Assembly (NCBI RefSeq): GCF_009834535.1 | Contig: NC_045707.1 | Coordinates: 51,152,001 to 51,216,000 of the forward strand | Reading direction: 5' to 3' | DNA: 64,000 nucleotides | From: Camelus ferus | Taxonomy: Eukaryota | Shown: positions 56,517 through 64,000 of the stretch, piece by piece | How positions within the stretch are numbered: position 1 is the stretch's first letter | Layout: each line of letters begins with the position of its first letter | Made by a program: the position numbers and the translations under genes | Notes under the pieces: generated by a model | Told to the model about the DNA's origin: nothing | What the model saw: only the letters and a program-made list of their open reading frames with translations | Databases searched by the model: none

Positions 56517-56679
56517 CAGAAGTGAGAGAGATTTATTCTAAGTAACTGACTCATGAAGGGCAAGGCTTTGTGTACAAATCTATAAAATTTAAGTTTTTAA
56601 CAACACCTAAATAAATAAATGAACTGCTATTACCATGATCACGGATAGACAAACACAATATATTAGACAGTGTCAAATA

Positions 56680-57150
56680 GACCCAGACTTGATATCTGTC
56701 AATCAAAATCCTAATAGGTTCTTTTCATGAAACTTGACAAATTTATTCTGAAATTAATATGAAATTTCAAAGCCTCAAGAATAAACAAGACACTACCAAC
56801 AGAGAAGAATAAAGTATGGGGATTTCCCTGTTGGATATCAAGATTTGCTCCAAAGCTATTCAATATTAGAAAACTATATTCTGTTTTTGTTACAGCATAG
56901 TGTTGATATTGTTATTATATTTGAGGCAAAACTGAAGAGAATATAGAGCCTAGAACACCAACCTACATATCTATGTAAATCTGATATATGGCGAAGGTGG
57001 TATTGTAGATCAGTGGAGAAAGGAGAGGCTATTAAATAAATGTTTTGGGAAACAGTATCCATAAAGAAAAAAAAAAAACAGTGGATCCCTAATCTCATAC
57101 AAAAAATAAATGTCAAATGAATCAAACACAATATTAAAGGCTAAACTTAA
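56680..57150 (+). mobile_element. Old LINE-1 ORF2 fragment
   Basis: caatcaaaatcctaatagg...gaaacttgacaaatttattctgaaattaatatg...aataaatgttttgggaaac. Confidence 0.65.
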
Positions 57151-60100
57151 AATATACAAGACTATTTGCTGAGTGTACACATGGGTCCTAGCATATTTAG
57201 AAATGTATCACTGAATGAAAAGTTTGATAAACCCATATTTACTGATATGCTTGCCAATATTTGGGTAAAGGAAGGAAGGCAGGAAGAGAGACAAGCAAGA
57301 ACGCTCCACTCCTAAAGTCACAAGAACCCGCACCCCAAGTACATTTTCCAAATAAATAAGGGCACATTTATAAAAATTAGGCACTAGTTTTCTTGCATTT
57401 ATCACTTAAGGGGCTGTATTAAATTTTCTTTTTATTTAAAAGTCTATTCCTTTGATGCACATAACTTCTTTTCTCACAAACATACATTTTTACCTAAATC
57501 TTCCTTTCTTAGATTTACTTGAGGGATCCAAACAGCTTGTTTTCAATTCTGATCTTAGGATATATATATATATATATGTTATCTTTAGGAAAGTTTACTG
57601 TAGACAGACTTTCCTTCCTTTGAAAATGATTTTTGGCTCCTTTTACTGGAAGCTGCCATTTGACCTGGAAATCAGTTTCTTTTTACTTACAATTATTCTG
57701 TCACAAATTGGAGTCTAAACTGCCTGAAAAAAAAAAAAAAAGCCACAACTTCTACTTTGCTCCTGGCATAAATTCAGAAGGACAATTTGTACCATTTGTA
57801 AGCTAATCAAAATAGATCACCCACAGTAAGGCTGGGAGAACTTTTGGTTTCAATTCAATCTGCTTTGGGTTGGCTTTGGGTGGTAGTGTTTGTGGAGATA
57901 AGTGCCCCTATTGCCAAGTTGATATTTATGTTCGTTTCCCCAGGAGAAAGACTGCCATAGAACAAATTAAGTGATTCATGAGAAGAGTAGGTAATTGCCA
58001 CTGAGTTTGGTAAACTCATGTGGGCTTTGGAGCCAGAAAGCATTTTTGGCTCCTGGCTTTCCCTTTTGCTAGTTGTTTGACCTAGGAGGAACCAGTCAGT
58101 CTCTCTGTGCATAAATTTCCTCATTTGTAGTAAAAATGATAGAGTCATCATGGGCAGAGTCTTCCTGATAGAGTCGTTATGGGAATTAGAGATAATATTT
58201 GAAGTGCCAAGAGCTGTGTCTGGGATAGGGATGGTTTTGAATAAATGATGCTCAATTGGAAATTATCTGAAAGGTTACCACTATTTCTTGATCAATATAA
58301 CAGAAATAATGTAACCATACTCTTAGGACTTTGATAATTACTTTGCCTGATATTAAACAGCAACTTAATAGGATAAAATCTAGATGTTTCTGTGAGAGCT
58401 TAGGCCAGAAATACAGTTTGAAGTTGTTTTTGAGAACAGACTGATAATTCTGACTCACTTGCTCCTAGCCTATGAGATCTGGTGGCTAAGGATGCACAAA
58501 TGTTTCCTTTTCTTACACTTTTGATTCAGAAACAAATCTATATCCATGATTTTAATAGGACTATAAATGTAATGTAATAAGAACAAAATAAATTTGATAC
58601 ATTATAACATTAAAAATTAAACAATAAGTCACATGTAGCAGAATTTTAAAGAATGCTTTTTTACTTTTCTTTTTAAGATTGTGATTTAATAATTTATACT
58701 CCTCAGCCACGCAGCCCTGGGAAATTTCTAGCCCAGGGCATTGTAGCTCTGCATAGAGTCAACTAAATGATTTTTATGAGATTTTCCACAGGGAAATAAC
58801 TTCAAATTTGCTTCCCCTGACATCCAGAAGCTTCTTTTTTCCTTCCATAGCTAGTGGGTTATGTTTAATGGATATAAAATTGCTTTACATCCTACTGTAT
58901 GCACTCTTATTCAAAATACAAATTGTTTTATCAAAAAGGTATAATTAAAATTATAAAGAGAATATTTATTAGTTGGTTGATTTTCTGGGTTCTTCACGTT
59001 ATGTTTTTTGCATGAGCCTGAATAATCAAGAGATGGTTACTCATTATTGGGAGAATAATTCTATTTATGTAAGTATAGGTTTTCTGAATCATCTTCAGTC
59101 TGGCATTGTGTTATGTAATTTGTAAATTTAACTCTGAAATATATTAATATATTAATGTGCTATTATATTAATATATGTTAATGTATTAATGTGATATATT
59201 AAGGGTTATTTCTTGTCAAAAGTGCATACAATTCCACACTTTGTCAGCCTTTATCCAGTTATGTGCTGATAAATGTTTGACAACTGATTCTCAGGAAAAA
59301 TAGCTGCAGTTTGTAGCACTGCTGACTTCTGTACGGCAGAAACTCCCACCATGGCTGACTGAGAGCTACCAAATCGAAGTCACCAAATACAGAATTAGGA
59401 AGAAAGGCACACAATTGGCTTTCCTGAGCAGAAAGAACTCACTGCAGCACACCTCTGCTTATTCTTCATGTTGCAATAAAATAATTTAAAATAATCTAAC
59501 TTAATTCATATTGAGTACCTGTTATGAACCAGTTCCTATTTAAGATCTTGGGGATATCCCGTTAACTATATATTATACATATTGTATGTTTATTTGTTTG
59601 TTCATTGCCAGTTTTCACCCTTAAGAAAAAGCCTCATGAAGGTAAAGATCCTTTCTGTGGAGTTTATTATTGATTTCTCTGAGCCGAGCATGATGGCTTA
59701 CACATAGTGTCATTACACATAATGGCAAAAGACTTGTTAAATCAAATGAGGGAAACTCAATCTCTGTCTTAATCAAGATCAGAGTCTATCAGATGGAACA
59801 AAATCGTTTTTAAAGAGAAAATCAGATTAGAGCATATAATAATTAACAATACTTAGTATTTTTCTGAAGTTGAGAATTAAATTATAACAAAATCCATACT
59901 ACTATAATTAATAGCTTAATCTCTAGAAAAAGCTATATTTTATTGAAGTGTTATATGTTGATTATGATTCTGCAAATAATAACAGCAATAACACCAAAAG
60001 CAATAACAAAACTTCAGAGTGCTTATTCCATGCAGGCATATACTAAGTGAATTACATGTATTATTGAATTTAATTCTCAAAATATTCTTTCAGATCTGCA

Positions 60101-62090
60101 CTAATTTTACATTTCCATCCTATAAATAAGAACACTGCAATTCCAGATTGTTCACTCACTTGCTTGAGTCAACAGCTAGTAAGTGTCAGGCTCCGTTTTG
60201 TACCTAAGTCTTTCTGATTCTGGAATCTATGTTCTCAACCTCTGCTCAGTCTTTTAAACACTAACTTTCTTTGTTGTTACAAAATGGTCCTGGAGAATTC
60301 ACATTTTCATTTGGATGCTTCGCAACATGCAAAATACTCTAAGAAAAGGGAAGTCAGGGGCTTAGAGGCAGGAAGAAGCTTGTCTAAGGTTTAGCTAAGC
60401 CGAGGAGAACTTTCAGGTCATCTTGGTCAGTGTCTTCACTGAAGAAAGCACCAAGAAACCAGTGTGACTGGATCAAAGGGAAAGACTGAGAGAGGGAGTG
60501 TTGTGAATGACAAGGTTGGAGAGGTGGGGTGGGGAGGTAGGTCAGATGGGGATATGTTGTCATCTCCAGACACTGGCCTTTTCTTTGAAAGCCCTGGAAG
60601 CCATCTGAAGGTTGTGAGCAGAGGAATCCCTCAATCTGCTTTCCACTTCTAAAGGACGATGGTGGCTGCCAAAGCTAACAGACTCTCTGTAGGAGGAGAG
60701 CTATAGCCTCAGAGAAACCAGTGAGAAGGTTATCACCATAATCCCAGCGAGAGAACTTGTGGCTTGGGACAGGGTGGTGGCGGCGAGAGGGTGAAAAGTG
60801 GCTGGATTCTAATGTGTCCCACAGTAGAACCCACAGGATTTCTCACAGACTTGTACAGTGAGAGAAATACAGAATTCAAGGTTAACTCCAAGGCTTTGAG
60901 GGTGAACAAATGGAAGGCTGGAGATCGTAAGATGAATAGGGAGTTTGGTTTTGGATTATGTTCAACTTAGGATGCTTCAAAGGGAATGTCTATGATGACA
61001 ATTGAAAATGTTTACACCTCTTCTAAAAATTCATATTTTAAAAAGTCCCCAGCCCTCAATTCTCAGATTCAGTATTTATGTTAAAAGGCTATTGTTTACT
61101 TATTACTGAACTGAGAATTTTTATCAGACTCTACAAATAGAAGAGCCAAACCCATGGAGAAAGTTTGAAAATACTAAATACAGATGAATTTAAAGAAAAC
61201 ATCAGTGTTCTTAATGCTAGAGGTCAGCAATATCAAACAAACAAAACATGAATCTAGGAAGAAATCACAGTAAGACTGTTTGGGAACATTCATTTCTAAC
61301 TCACTGATGCTAGCTAGCAGTAGGAGCCTTCAGAAATGAAAACGAACAAAGCATAACCTTTTCATCAAAGACATTTTATGCAAAGAAAAAATAACTCACT
61401 TCAGTTTATAAGGATCCAGAGAAGCTATAATGTAGCTTGGGGGCTTCTATAGTACTTAAAAATAAAAGCATAAAGACAGATGAAGCAGAGGACACTCTGG
61501 GGCATATTTTCCTCTGGGTGCCCTTGCTGAAATCATGCTAGCAGCAACAAATTGCATTAGGACAGTGAAGAGAGCAGCCCAGCTTGTCCCAGTTCAGATT
61601 TGGAATTCCTCTCAAGGACCAGGTTACAGCTTTGGTATATGTGCCTCCTAAGAAAGGTGACATTGCTGCCTGAGGCCCTACTTAAATCAGCTGTAGCTGG
61701 TGGGGCCAGCAGGTCATGAGTGCTTGAGTCGGGAATGGTAATCTTCCTTCCATCAGGGAACAGAGGAGGACGTAAGAAATAAACCAAGAAAAGCAATAGT
61801 GCATAAAGGAAGACACCGCAGAGTTGCAGCAAAACTGGTAAAACTTTAGAGTCTGCCGAAAAAGATGAGAAAAAAGAAACGTATATTTATTTTAAGATGA
61901 GTGAAAGGGATACACACATTTATATAAAGTAGGTGGTATATCTATTTTTGTTAGAAAACAGAGTAGGTGCTGATATAGGGAAGTAAACTGTCTGGAGCTA
62001 ACATACTAGATTTAATTTTGAGGGGATGGTGACTATCTGTTGGAGAAATTCAGTGATTTTGATAAACAAACTGAACAGGTAGGGGTGTAG

Positions 62091-62092
<2 letters not shown>

Positions 62093-62134
<42 letters not shown>
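62093..62134. repeat. (GT)n microsatellite
   Basis: Direct reading. Confidence 0.95.
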
Positions 62135-62136
<2 letters not shown>

Positions 62137-63454
62137 GTCTGTGTAAGATACAGAGACAGAGAGAGAGAATATCTGTACTGCTTTAACTTCTGTTAAACTG
62201 CTATTTATAGCTAGAAATACAATCAGGATATCTTTCTTGACAATGGTATTTTAAAGTGTGATGCTCATAGAATGACATTATTATATGTGAAAATTACTGC
62301 CTCACTTTCTCTGTGGAACAGAGAAATATATAAATATTTGTATCTTTTTATAGGAGTACGGAATAAATGTATTATAATTTATTACCCCCAAACCCTGAAG
62401 GGGTAAATGGACTAAAAAACTATTAAGGCCAATTAGGCACACGTGATTACAGAGTACCATGAATATAACTCATTATTTGCATCCACTTGAAGTTCTCATT
62501 TTATCCTTACTTCAGTCTGTGAACTCAATTATCGATCTTTGCTCCTTTCAACCACAGTCCCTGTTCTCTTATAGATGGACATTTTCTCTTTTTTGGATCA
62601 TTAAAGCCAGCCTTCCTTCTTTCCTTCCATCCTTCCTTAATTCCTCCTTCCCTCCCTCCCTTTCACTCTCTGTCCCTTCTTCCTTTGTTATATCCCTTGT
62701 TTTCTCCTTGGCTCCTTCCCTCCCTCCTTCCCTCCCTCCTTTCCTCCTGTCTTGTATTCAGTGAGTGTACTTTAAGCTCACTATATGGCAGACACTGTGC
62801 TGGATGGCAAGATTACAGAGCTAAAGAGGACACACCGTCCCTGCTCCCAAGAAACTCAGGTTCAGTTAGATAGACAGATATAAGCACAAATAATTAAGGT
62901 GCTGCTCAATAAATGCTATATCAAAGGAATTCATAGTTGCTCCATTTAAAAGTTCATAACCCAGGAAAGTAGAATAGCTATCATTATTTTCAGTTTACAC
63001 ATATGATAAAAGGATTAGAGAAGTCAAATGACACATTAAAATTAATAATCCTCAAACAGTGAGTACGCTGCATTGGTTGCATGAAGTATTTATGTCGCTG
63101 TTTCCAGAATCACCAAGCTGCCACTTCAGTGTCATCCTTCATTATATCCTAAATCTGTAGGACACTAACGTTACTTCTTTTCTTTGTGACTGTTACTTCA
63201 CTTCTAGTTCCTTTGTGTCACCTTTATTGCTAGATCTTTCTCAACTACCCCTGTAGCTAATATAGAATAATTTATTTTTTGCAACAAAGAACTGACCATC
63301 TTTCCCTTTTTTTCCAATTGTTCAATATAATATAGAATGCTTTCAGTGTTATGAATTAATTTATTAAATTAGTTTGCATCCTGTTGAAAGTTAGAGAGAT
63401 CTTAGCTCTTGAAGGATGAGATATGGTTCATAATAAGTTTTTAATTAATAAATT

Positions 63455-64000
63455 TAATTTTTTAGGACAGTTTTAAGTTCAGGCCAAAACTGAACAGGAA
63501 GTACAGAGTTCCCATGTACTCCCAGTCCCCCGCCGCAACAGAACTCCCCATACTAAACACATCCCACACTACACTGGTTCATTAGTTGTAACAGATGAAC
63601 ATACATTGAACATAATTATTACCCAAAGCCGATTGTTTACATTAGGATTCAGTCTTGGTATTGCATATTCTGAGTTTTGACAAACGTATAATGACATGTA
63701 TACACTATTGCAGTATCATACAGAATAGTTCCACTACCCTAAAAAAAACCTCTGTGCTCTGCCTAGTCATCCCTGCCTCCACTCAAAACCTTGATCCTTT
63801 TACTGTCCCCATAGTTTTGCCTTTTCAGAGTCACATAGTTGGAGTCATACAGTATGTATCCCTTTCAGATTGGTTTCTTTCATTAGGTAATATGTATTTC
63901 AAGTTCCTCAATGTCTTTTCATGGATTGATAGTTCATTTCTTTTTCATGCTGAATAATATTCCATTGGCTAGATGTATCACAGTTTATCCACTCACGTAC
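63455..64000 (-). mobile_element. LINE-1 (L1MC-like) 3' end, antisense
   Basis: cagttttaagttc...aaaactgaacaggaagtacagagttccca...gctgaataatattccattg...gtttatccactcac. Confidence 0.75.

Noticed and set aside
59138..59202. AT-rich quasi-palindrome
   Set aside because: Low-complexity degenerate TA repeat with no evidence of a structured RNA.

Overview
Mammalian genomic DNA: AT-rich, with spliceosomal introns, L1/L2/MIR/MaLR/ERVL/Tigger relics and a tRNA-derived SINE that suggests a camelid. It matches the conserved CEP290 - RLIG1 (C12orf29) - C12orf50 locus as I recall it from human. The + strand carries the last 11 coding exons of CEP290 (657-16999). The - strand carries a complete 7-exon RLIG1 RNA ligase (29810-17778, 325 aa), tail-to-tail with CEP290 and driven from a CpG-island promoter at about 29.5-30.1 kb. 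The + strand then carries a 13-coding-exon C12orf50 (33626-51977, 469 aa). 52.3-64 kb looks like repeat-rich intergenic DNA. Main oddities: (1) a +1 frameshift with a premature TGA in CEP290 exon 48; (2) a 624/627-nt stop-free, phase-compatible candidate cassette exon in CEP290 intron 44; (3) upstream coding sequence giving C12orf50 a full ZC3H11A-like triple-CCCH N-terminus; (4) a splice-dead duplicate of a C12orf50 exon; (5) the GC-AG donor of CEP290 intron 50 with a latent GT 4 nt downstream; (6) probable CEP290/RLIG1 3'UTR overlap. I found no prokaryotic-type system (CRISPR etc.). Exon numbers and ortholog comparisons come from memory of the human proteins, not from a search.
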